A stretch of DNA of 38,776 nt from an uncultured Candidatus Saccharibacteria bacterium (GCA_964648835.1 CAZYLR010000002.1:1-38776); one strand, 5' to 3'. Counted from the first letter of the stretch, positions 24,316-32,000 are shown. Made by a program: numbers and translations. Notes: generated by a model not told the origin, from the letters alone.

Positions 24316-24912
24316 ATGGCGACCGCTCTTTTGTGGGAGTGCGATACACGAGACCTTGTTTCATTTGCTGAGAGTCTCCGCGCGCTGGACTGGGACATTC
24401 TCGCTTCGGCGGGAACGGCCAAGTATCTCAACGGACAGGGGGTTTCGGTTCGAGATGTCGCGGAGTTGGTAAGACTGCCCGCCCCCGGCCATAAGGACGT
24501 ACTTTCCTCCGAGATTCAAGCCGCCCTCTTGGCGGGTGATTCGCTGGAAGACCGGGCAGAGCTCGCAAGGACCGGAGTACCGAGGATTGACCTGGTCTAT
24601 GTCAATCTCTACCCGCTAGCAGAAGAGGTAGGGAACCCGAATTGCACACTGGAATCGGTGATCAAGAAGACCGACATCAACAGCCTTATGTTGTTGCTTC
24701 TCGCCGCCCAGGGTCGCCGATTCGTGATATGTTCTCGGGAACAGATCTCGGAGATCCTGGACTACCTTATGGAACAGTTGCAATCACCGAAGCCTCCCGA
24801 CGAGCATGAGCGGTTCATCTCTTCGCTGGTCTGGCGTGCTGAAGTGACGGTAGCCCGATACTGCCGTGTTTCCGCGGACTGGCATTACAGTTACGCGGAG
24901 GCTCATCGCTAG
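24316..24912 (+). CDS. stand-alone MGS-like / IMP-cyclohydrolase (PurH N-terminal)-like domain protein, apparently degenerate; GC-rich cassette
   Basis: ILASAGTAKYL, IDLVYVNLYPL and CTLESVIKKTDIN parallel PurH STGGTAK, IDLVVVNLYPF and CTLEEAIENIDIGG. No AICAR transformylase half is present. The KTLHP-type segment is replaced by HKDVLSS. Confidence 0.55.
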   Translation: MATALLWECDTRDLVSFAESLRALDWDILASAGTAKYLNGQGVSVRDVAELVRLPAPGHKDVLSSEIQAALLAGDSLEDRAELARTGVPRIDLVYVNLYPLAEEVGNPNCTLESVIKKTDINSLMLLLLAAQGRRFVICSREQISEILDYLMEQLQSPKPPDEHERFISSLVWRAEVTVARYCRVSADWHYSYAEAHR

Positions 24913-24929
24913 GAGGTGGTCGGTATCAA

Positions 24930-24970
24930 GGGGGTGTCCGCCTGCTGGCGGCGCCCCCTTTTCTTTTTTT
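24930..24970 (+). terminator. intrinsic terminator
   Basis: gggggtgtccgcc-tgct-ggcggcgccccc hairpin followed by ttttcttttttt. Confidence 0.75.
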
Positions 24971-25000
24971 AGGTTGATTTTTTGATGGTAATATCAATCT

Positions 25001-25927
25001 ATGGATTTGAGAAAGATAGCCATTGCTCTTGTTGTCTTTGCGGCAGTTTTAATCACCTGGAATTATCAGAGGTCAGCCAAGACTCTCTTTCCGTGTCAAG
25101 AACCAATCGCTTATACCATCGGCGCTTTCGATAGAAAATTTGGTATTTCACAAAAATATTTTCTAGACGCGCTTAGCGAAGCGGAAGCAATTTGGGAAGA
25201 TTCGATTGACAAAGAACTCTTTGTCTACGCGCCGGAAAATGGTGAATTGCTAGTTAATCTTATTTACGACTATCGCCAAGAAGTGACGGGCACTCTCTCC
25301 GGTCTCGAGGATGTACTAGAAGAAAATGAGGCTACGTATAAAGCACTTCAGAATAAATACGCTGGATTGAAAGTGGAATATAACAATGAAAAAAGCATCT
25401 ACGATGCGCGTGCCTCTGCCTTTAACGAACGAGAAGCCTCCTACCAACAAAAGGTTGAGACTTGGAATTCTGGCAAGAGAACTTCCAGAGAACAATTTGA
25501 TGAGTTAGAGAGAGAAAAGAGAGCACTCGAAACGGAAGTCCGAGAATTGAAGGTCTTGGAGACACGGCTCAATGAAATGGTTAGAGTTATCAATACCCTC
25601 GTGGGAACACTTAATCGTCTTGCTAAATCACTCAACCTTAGTGTAGAAAAATATAATACTATCGGCGCCTCGCGTGGCGAGACATTCACTGGAGGAATCT
25701 ATCATAGCGCTGAAGGAGTCCAAGAAATTGATGTGTACGAGTTTAGTAGTCGGGATAAATTGGTGCGAATTCTAGCGCATGAGTTTGGTCACGCGCTTGG
25801 ACTGGAGCATAACGATGACCCGAAGGCTGTCATGTATCGTTTGAATGAGGGCGATACTAAAGTCTTGACTGCAAGTGATATCGCAGCACTCCAGACACTC
25901 TGTTATACTAAAGATATTAAAAATTGA
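25001..25927 (+). CDS. membrane-anchored matrixin-like zinc metalloprotease (M10 family) with a coiled-coil linker
   Basis: N-terminal TM helix, then a long heptad-like Glu/Lys/Leu segment. The HEFGHALGLEH (HExxHxxGxxH) motif is followed by a Met-turn (AVMY). Confidence 0.75.
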   Translation: MDLRKIAIALVVFAAVLITWNYQRSAKTLFPCQEPIAYTIGAFDRKFGISQKYFLDALSEAEAIWEDSIDKELFVYAPENGELLVNLIYDYRQEVTGTLSGLEDVLEENEATYKALQNKYAGLKVEYNNEKSIYDARASAFNEREASYQQKVETWNSGKRTSREQFDELEREKRALETEVRELKVLETRLNEMVRVINTLVGTLNRLAKSLNLSVEKYNTIGASRGETFTGGIYHSAEGVQEIDVYEFSSRDKLVRILAHEFGHALGLEHNDDPKAVMYRLNEGDTKVLTASDIAALQTLCYTKDIKN

Positions 25928-26054
25928 TAAATAAAATTTATGGCAAAAGGCAATAACGCTCGAAAGAAAGAGAAGAAGAAACCAAAGCAAGAAAAGAAGA
26001 AATAGTTCGACCCTTCAACAAGCTCAGGATAAACAAGCTCACTATAAATAGCAA

Positions 26055-26285
26055 ATGGGAGTATTCAAGAGTTTTCTGCTCAAGCAGGCACTGAAGGCGA
26101 AGATGAAAGACGTACCGGAAGCGGAGCGGGAGAAAATGCTAGCGCTTATGGAAAAGAATCCGGATTTTTTTAAAAAAATCGGCGAAGAGGTGCAAAAGCG
26201 AGTAAAAAAGGGTCAAAGCGAGATGGCTGCCACGATGGTGGTGATGCGGGAGCATCAGGCCGAATTGCAGAAATTAATGAAGTAG
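26055..26285 (+). CDS. hypothetical helical protein (76 aa)
   Basis: ATG ORF with a TATAAA box 6 nt upstream. Lys/Glu-rich. No family recognised. Confidence 0.45.
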   Translation: MGVFKSFLLKQALKAKMKDVPEAEREKMLALMEKNPDFFKKIGEEVQKRVKKGQSEMAATMVVMREHQAELQKLMK

Positions 26286-26311
26286 TTCGATAAACTCACC
26301 ATAAATAAAAA

Positions 26312-26908
26312 ATGTTTGGATTCGGAAACAAAAAGAAAAAAATTTTCATCCTGCTTGGCCATCCGGACAACGACAGCCTGAATTGTACCCTAGCTGATGA
26401 GTACCAGAGAGGGGCGGAGGAGATGGGACATGAAGTGCGGCGAATGAATATCAGCGAGATACAATTTGACCCGATTCTTCATCATGGGTACAGATTGATA
26501 CAGGAACTTGAACCAGATTTACTTGCGTTCCAAGAGAATGTCAGGTGGTGCGAACACTTTGTCATCTTTTATCCATCTTGGTGGTCTACTATGCCAGCGA
26601 TTCTCAAAGGTCTCATTGACCGCACGTGGTTACCGGGCTTCGCTTACCAATTTACTCACGGAGGCAATCTATGGAAAAGACTTTTAGGAGGCAGGAGCGC
26701 TACTATGCTCATCACCTCTGATACGGCTCCGCTTATCCAACGCATTGTCTTCGGCGATACGACCAATGAGTTAAGAAAAGGAATCCTGTGGTTTGCCGGT
26801 TTCTCTCCTATCCGTGTCTACAAATTTGGCTATCTCAAACACTTCGGTATATGGCGACGTGAACGTATGAAGCGCAAAGTTTATAACCTTGGGAGGAAAG
26901 CGAAATGA
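26312..26908 (+). CDS. flavodoxin-like fold NAD(P)H dehydrogenase (quinone), KefF/MdaB/NQO-like
   Basis: KIFILLGHPDNDSLN...HFVIFYPSWWSTMPAILKGLIDRTWLPGFAY matches the Flavodoxin_2 pattern. Confidence 0.8.
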   Translation: MFGFGNKKKKIFILLGHPDNDSLNCTLADEYQRGAEEMGHEVRRMNISEIQFDPILHHGYRLIQELEPDLLAFQENVRWCEHFVIFYPSWWSTMPAILKGLIDRTWLPGFAYQFTHGGNLWKRLLGGRSATMLITSDTAPLIQRIVFGDTTNELRKGILWFAGFSPIRVYKFGYLKHFGIWRRERMKRKVYNLGRKAK

Positions 26909-26912
26909 AAAA

Positions 26913-26939
26913 AGGCCAGGCGCGCGGTGCGCCTGGCCT
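26913..26939. terminator. 11-bp GC hairpin between convergent genes
   Basis: aggccaggcgc-gcggt-gcgcctggcct. An A-run lies upstream, which is a T-run for the minus strand. Confidence 0.7.
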
Positions 26940-26952
26940 CCTGTTTCCTGTT

Positions 26953-27303
26953 TCAGCTCACCATCCACTCGTCGGGGTCGGGCTGTTTGAATTGCCCCGC
27001 TGTGGGGCCATCCTTGCGGGGCGATTCATGCTTGCGGTGAGGGACTATCAGCTCGCCCAGGTCCCGGAGGATCTGGTGAACCTGGGACGCATCACATGGG
27101 CGGGTCTCAACACCGAACTTCCGACCGAGGTGCAACACAAACGCCTCGGTGTTTCCCATCCGGACATTGCCGTCCTCCTCCCAGAGGAAGACTCGCCTCA
27201 TCACCCCGGGGTTGTCCGGCACCGGTGCAACCCCTTCGTACGAGTTAATAATGTATCCGAGCACATCGTCGCGGGTCATCCAGCCATTAGCCGGCTTGGG
27301 CAT
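26953..27303 (-). CDS. hypothetical protein (116 aa), GC-rich cassette
   Basis: ATG with SD GGAG (27308-27311). Third-codon-position G/C is very high by inspection. It is preferred over the overlapping plus-strand 157-aa ORF. No family recognised. Confidence 0.6.
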   Translation of the reverse strand: MPKPANGWMTRDDVLGYIINSYEGVAPVPDNPGVMRRVFLWEEDGNVRMGNTEAFVLHLGRKFGVETRPCDASQVHQILRDLGELIVPHRKHESPRKDGPTAGQFKQPDPDEWMVS

Positions 27304-27511
27304 CTGTCTCCGTCCTTTCGTGATGAATGGGTGGGACTTCCGCTTGGTTTCTATCCTAGATTATATTACAAGATATAGGCATATGTCAAGTAGCGTATAA
27401 AAATGATTCGCTATTTTTGTTAAATCTCACTATGATTTAGTGAGAGGTAGATTATCTACCAAGATATCAACCAGCTCTTTAACCAGTTCTTTTTAGAGAG
27501 GGGAGGGTCTC

Positions 27512-28921
27512 ATGAATCGATCCATTATTCAAGGCGGAATGGGGATCTACATATCGAGCCCTCATCTCGCCAACACGTGCTCTCGGGCCGGTGTTCTTGG
27601 CACAGTGTCGTGCACCGGGGCTGAGCGTGTCCTAGTGCACCTTCTCCAACTTGGAGACATAGGAGGTCACTATCGCCGGGCGTTGTCACACTTTCCGTTT
27701 CCGGAAATCACGGAGCGGATCTTGGCAAAGTACTTCATCGAAGGTGGTAAGCCCGTCGATCAAGATTTCAAGGAGGTGCCGCTGTTTTCTATGCGGCCAC
27801 GCCGTGACTTGATCGAGCTTGCCATCGCGGCTAGCTTCGTTCTCGTCTGGCTTGCCAAAGAGGGGCATGATGGTCCGATAAGCGTCAACTATCTGGAGAA
27901 GCTCCAAATCGGGCACATCTACCATCTTACGGGGGCGGCACTCGCGGGCGTCGACTTCGTGACGATGGGGGCCGGGCTTACACTTCAAATCCCGGGAGTA
28001 CTCGACGCGATAGTATCGGGAGGAAATCCTTCCTATCGGGTGTCTGTGGAAAGGAGCACAAGGGGAAATGAAACGATCAGCTTCAATCCGCGCGAATTTC
28101 TCGGGGAGAAATTTCCCCGAGAACTCAAACGGCCCGGCTTTCTGCCGATCGTCTCTACAGATGTACTGGCGAAACTCATGGTCGCGAAGTTGCCCTCCGG
28201 AAGTATTCAGGGTTTCGTCATTGAACTGCCGACTGCCGGTGGCCACAACGCGCCTCCTCGCAGAAAGGGTGTGTTCGACGAAACTGGCCAGCCCGTCTAC
28301 GGAGAGAAGGACGAAGTAGCCTTCAATGTACTTCGTGACCTCGGTATCCCGTTCTGGGTCGGTGGTTCATTCGCTTCACCCGAAGGTCTCGCGAGAGCGC
28401 AAGCACTTGGCGCAGTCGGTATCCAAGCCGGTTCAATCTTTGCCCTTTCGGAAGACTCCGGCATGGACCCATTCTATCGTGCAGAGATGAGGCGCCTTGG
28501 CTATCGAGGCGAACTCGCAGTGCGTACGGACCCAAGTGCTTCGCCGACAGGTTTTCCGTTCAAAGTCCCGCAACTCGCCGGTACGATGTCTGAACCGGAA
28601 GTGTACGCCGCGAGAGAACGGAACTGCAGCCGCAAGGCCTTGCAGTTTCCGGCGGAGTTGGTGGACGGCAAGATTGTGTTTCGATGTGCGGCTGAACCCG
28701 TCGACGATTTTCTGAAAAAGGGTGGCAGGCTCGAAGACACGGTCGGCGCACGATGTCTCTGCAACGGGCTCTTCTCGGCTGCCGGACTCGGCGACCCGAA
28801 GGAGCTTCCCATCTTCACGATGGGGGATGACGTGAGTTTCTTGCGTCATCTCATGCGTGGTGAGAACGACTCCTATACCGCGGCAGATGCCATCGCGTAT
28901 CTGTTGTCCCGGCAAAAATAG
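27512..28921 (+). CDS. nitronate monooxygenase / 2-nitropropane dioxygenase family FMN oxidoreductase (FabK-like TIM barrel), GC-rich cassette
   Basis: IIQGGMGIYISSPHLANTCSRAGVLGTVS and VIELPTAGGHNAP are typical NMO motifs. SD GGGAGGG lies at 27501-27507. At 469 aa it is longer than typical family members. Confidence 0.75.
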   Translation: MNRSIIQGGMGIYISSPHLANTCSRAGVLGTVSCTGAERVLVHLLQLGDIGGHYRRALSHFPFPEITERILAKYFIEGGKPVDQDFKEVPLFSMRPRRDLIELAIAASFVLVWLAKEGHDGPISVNYLEKLQIGHIYHLTGAALAGVDFVTMGAGLTLQIPGVLDAIVSGGNPSYRVSVERSTRGNETISFNPREFLGEKFPRELKRPGFLPIVSTDVLAKLMVAKLPSGSIQGFVIELPTAGGHNAPPRRKGVFDETGQPVYGEKDEVAFNVLRDLGIPFWVGGSFASPEGLARAQALGAVGIQAGSIFALSEDSGMDPFYRAEMRRLGYRGELAVRTDPSASPTGFPFKVPQLAGTMSEPEVYAARERNCSRKALQFPAELVDGKIVFRCAAEPVDDFLKKGGRLEDTVGARCLCNGLFSAAGLGDPKELPIFTMGDDVSFLRHLMRGENDSYTAADAIAYLLSRQK

Positions 28922-28938
28922 CAACGCAGAATTGCTCC

Positions 28939-28978
28939 CCCCGCACCGAGCGCAAGCTCTGGTGCGGGGTTTTTCTTT
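28939..28978 (+). terminator. intrinsic terminator after the NMO-like gene
   Basis: ccccgcaccgag...ctctggtgcgggg hairpin followed by tttttctttt. Confidence 0.75.
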
Positions 28979-28992
28979 TCCGAAATGCTAAA

Positions 28993-29030
28993 CCCCCACA
29001 CCTAGACTATGCATAGTCTAGGTGTGGGGG
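28993..29030. repeat. perfect 38-bp palindrome (19+19, no loop)
   Basis: cccccacacctagactatg|catagtctaggtgtggggg. It is flanked by direct AAATGCT copies at 28983-28989 and 29033-29039, and it abuts the TAAAAT box at 29031-29036. Confidence 0.9.
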
Positions 29031-29042
29031 TAAAATGCTTTC

Positions 29043-30200
29043 ATGAAGAAAGTAAAAGGTAAGTACGCAAGTGACGGTGTGGATGTGGATGAAGAATCTC
29101 TCTTTAGCCAGTATGCTGCCTCTATTTGCAAGGCAAGTTACAAGAATTCTCTCTATATCGAAGTCCAGGATTTTTCAGCAGGGCATTTTCGGGGCCCGAG
29201 ACCTTTCATTCTAAAAGGATTACCAAAGGGCGTGAGTATCGAAGCTTCAACTGATGGTATCGGTACTAAGGGAATAATTATTGATGCCGCCAAGACTCAT
29301 GAGGATACGGCTTACGATATTATTGCCATGACTGCAAGCGATATTACAAGGTTTGGAGGATTGCCACTAGTTTTTGTAAATGTTCTAGATGCTGTCTCTA
29401 TTGGTGAAGTGGGAGACAAAGTGAGCGAAACATATAAAAAAGTTTTAAGAGGTCTGGGTAAGGTGGCCAAGAAAGAAAAGATTGTTGTTTTAAAGGGGGA
29501 GACAGCCCAGATGGGCGTCTGTCTTGGTTCGGAAATAACTAGTTCTAAAACAAAAATAAATTGGTCCGGGACTATGATAGGTGCCTATCATAAAGATAAA
29601 ATGATTACGGGTGATACCCTAAAGAGCGGGCAAGTAGTCATTGCTTTGAAAGAAAATGGATTCAGATGTAATGGCATCAGTTCGTTACGGAAAGCTCTAG
29701 CGTTAAAATTTGGCAAAAAGTGGTGGAATAATCCGCGAGCTCGAAAGAGCATAAAAGAAGCAGCCGCTCCATCAGTGCTCTACGACCCACTTCTTACGAC
29801 TCTAAATGGATGGTTTAAACCCGGTTTCAAGCAAGAGATAAAAGTGCATGCCATCGTGCATCTTTCTGGTGGTGCTATTAAAGAAAAATTTGCCAAAGAT
29901 ATTTTATTCGCTCGAGGATTATCAGCTAATCTAAACGATTTGTGGGAACCCCCAACTATTATGAGAAATTGCGCCGCATGGAGAGGTTTGTCTGATAAAG
30001 AATTTTACGAGACATGGCATGGCGGCCAAGGAATGCTTTTGGTTATTGATGAGAAGGACGTAAAACATTGTTTAAGGCGCGCCAAGCAATTTTCGATAAA
30101 AGCTAAGATAGCCGGTCGCATCACAAAAGAAAAAATTCCCCAGGTTAAAATTATTTCCAAATTAACGAAAGGAAAAGAAACAATTTATAAAAAAATTTAA
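29043..30200 (+). CDS. AIR synthase (PurM)-like protein
   Basis: YASDGVDVDEE... and STDGIGTKGIIIDAAKTHEDTAYDIIAMTASDITRFGGLPLVFVNVLD match the PurM N-domain pattern (DGVGTK...D.VAM.VND). Length is 385 aa. Confidence 0.7.
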   Translation: MKKVKGKYASDGVDVDEESLFSQYAASICKASYKNSLYIEVQDFSAGHFRGPRPFILKGLPKGVSIEASTDGIGTKGIIIDAAKTHEDTAYDIIAMTASDITRFGGLPLVFVNVLDAVSIGEVGDKVSETYKKVLRGLGKVAKKEKIVVLKGETAQMGVCLGSEITSSKTKINWSGTMIGAYHKDKMITGDTLKSGQVVIALKENGFRCNGISSLRKALALKFGKKWWNNPRARKSIKEAAAPSVLYDPLLTTLNGWFKPGFKQEIKVHAIVHLSGGAIKEKFAKDILFARGLSANLNDLWEPPTIMRNCAAWRGLSDKEFYETWHGGQGMLLVIDEKDVKHCLRRAKQFSIKAKIAGRITKEKIPQVKIISKLTKGKETIYKKI

Positions 30201-31019
30201 ATGTCCAAACTTTCTGTTGGAATTGTGGGGTTGCCGAATGTGGGGAAGTCAACGCTCTTCAATGCGCTAACTAAGCAGAGCGTGCCGGCAGAGAATTATC
30301 CTTTCTGCACCATTGACCCGTCGGTCGGCATTGTGCCAGTACCGGACGAGCGGCTTGAGACACTATCCGCTTTGTCCAAGTCGAAGAAAACTATTCCGGC
30401 GGTAGTTGAGTTTGTTGACATCGCCGGACTGGTTAAAGGCGCTTCGGAGGGCGAAGGACTGGGCAACAAATTTCTCTCCCACATCCGCGAAGTTGATGCC
30501 ATTATCGAGATGGTGCGGACTTTTGAAGACTCTGACATCATCCATGTGCACGAGAAAGTCGACCCACTTTTCGATATCGAGATTATCAATCTGGAACTTG
30601 AAGCCGCTGGGATCAAAAAGCCGATTTTATATGTATTGAACGTGTCAGAAGTCAGCCCTTCGACTTCGCTCAGGGTAACAGACTTACCCGGGCCGTCTGT
30701 TAAGGTCGATCCGGTTTTTGGAACAGGACTTGATAAGTTGATAATAGAGGCGTACAAACTGCTCGACCTGATTACTTTTTTCACCACAGGGGAAGATGAA
30801 TCAAGGGCTTGGACAACGCGGCGCGGCTCAAAGGCACCGGAGGCGGGTAAGTCAATTCATACCGACTTTCGAGATAAGTTTATCCGCGCGGAAGTGATTC
30901 ATTACGATAAGCTTATCGAGGCGGGCTCTTATGCTAAAGCAAGAGAAAGAGGTTGGCTTCGGATAGAAGGTAAGGAGTACGTAGTCCAAGATGGTGATAT
31001 CATCGAATTCTTGATATAA
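30201..31019 (+). CDS. ychF: Obg-like ATPase YchF, shortened (272 aa)
   Basis: GIVGLPNVGKSTLFNALT, NYPFCTIDPSVG and DIAGLVKGASEGEGLGNKFLSHIREVDAI, with a C-terminal TGS-like domain (EGKEYVVQDGDIIEF). The central helical insertion seen in ~363-aa homologues is missing. Confidence 0.85.
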   Translation: MSKLSVGIVGLPNVGKSTLFNALTKQSVPAENYPFCTIDPSVGIVPVPDERLETLSALSKSKKTIPAVVEFVDIAGLVKGASEGEGLGNKFLSHIREVDAIIEMVRTFEDSDIIHVHEKVDPLFDIEIINLELEAAGIKKPILYVLNVSEVSPSTSLRVTDLPGPSVKVDPVFGTGLDKLIIEAYKLLDLITFFTTGEDESRAWTTRRGSKAPEAGKSIHTDFRDKFIRAEVIHYDKLIEAGSYAKARERGWLRIEGKEYVVQDGDIIEFLI

Positions 31020-31040
31020 TAGTTATATAATTATAAAAAT

Positions 31041-31973
31041 ATGGAAACAAAATCAACAGTAAAACATTTCTTCCTGCAGATAGGTGCTTTGGTGTGTCTG
31101 TATGCAGGAGTAGGCGCGCTCTTAAATCTTCTGTTTAGAGTAATCAATGTAGCCTTTCCTCAAGTTGGTGCTAAAAATTTATACTACTATTTTTCTAGTG
31201 GTAGTTCCATTAGTTTTCCTATAGCGACTTTAATAGTTGTCTTTCCGCTCTTTCTGGTTCTATCAGCTATTGTTCAGAAGTCGTTTGTAACCGACCCGAA
31301 TTTACGAGAGGGGGGTTTGCGTAAGGCACTTCTATATTTCACCCTTTTTGTCGCTGGGGCCGCTATCTCGGGTGATTTAATTACACTTGTCTTCTTCTTC
31401 TTGGATGGTAGAGACATTACTACAGCTTTCTTGCTTAAAGTTCTCTCAGTCTTAGTAGTGACTGGCGGAATTTTTGGCTATTATCTTTCTGATCTCCGCG
31501 GTCGTCTCACTCCTCAAAGCAGAAATATCTGGCGCATCTTTGCTATCTTGCTTATTCTTGTCTCTGTCATTCTGGGTTTTGTTGTAATTGGTTCTCCTCG
31601 CACCCAGCGCATGTTGCGCTATGACGGTGAAAAAATTACTGATCTACAAAATATCCAGGGGCAAATCTTGTCATATTGGCAAAACAAAGGTACTTTGCCG
31701 AAGAATCTAGACGACATGAAAGATTCGCTATCCTACTACACCGTACCGGTAGATAGTCAAACTCAAGAACAGTATGGTTACAGAGTATTGAACCAAAATT
31801 CTTTCGAACTTTGCGCTGATTTCAACGAAGCTTCCCCTTCTGATGTGGCGGTCTACCCATCCTCTTACAGTTATGGTTATGGAAACAATGGCGAAAATTG
31901 GCAACACGAAGCCGGAAACAAATGTTTCTCCCGCACTATTGACCCAGAACTTTATCCGGTGAGGCCGAGATAG
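31041..31973 (+). CDS. multi-pass membrane protein (DUF5671-like N-terminal domain)
   Basis: About 6 hydrophobic helices followed by a soluble C-terminal domain. The family name is from memory only. Confidence 0.55.
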   Translation: METKSTVKHFFLQIGALVCLYAGVGALLNLLFRVINVAFPQVGAKNLYYYFSSGSSISFPIATLIVVFPLFLVLSAIVQKSFVTDPNLREGGLRKALLYFTLFVAGAAISGDLITLVFFFLDGRDITTAFLLKVLSVLVVTGGIFGYYLSDLRGRLTPQSRNIWRIFAILLILVSVILGFVVIGSPRTQRMLRYDGEKITDLQNIQGQILSYWQNKGTLPKNLDDMKDSLSYYTVPVDSQTQEQYGYRVLNQNSFELCADFNEASPSDVAVYPSSYSYGYGNNGENWQHEAGNKCFSRTIDPELYPVRPR

Positions 31974-32000
31974 TTCAAAGCACCGGCGAATTTTTCGTTA

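Noticed and set aside
26905-27378. Plus-strand 157-aa ORF overlapping the 26953-27303 minus-strand ORF.
   Set aside because: The minus-strand frame has an SD, very high GC3 and a protein-like sequence. The plus-strand frame starts inside the upstream gene's stop/terminator hairpin and has a Pro/Gly/Arg/Leu-rich, low-complexity translation.
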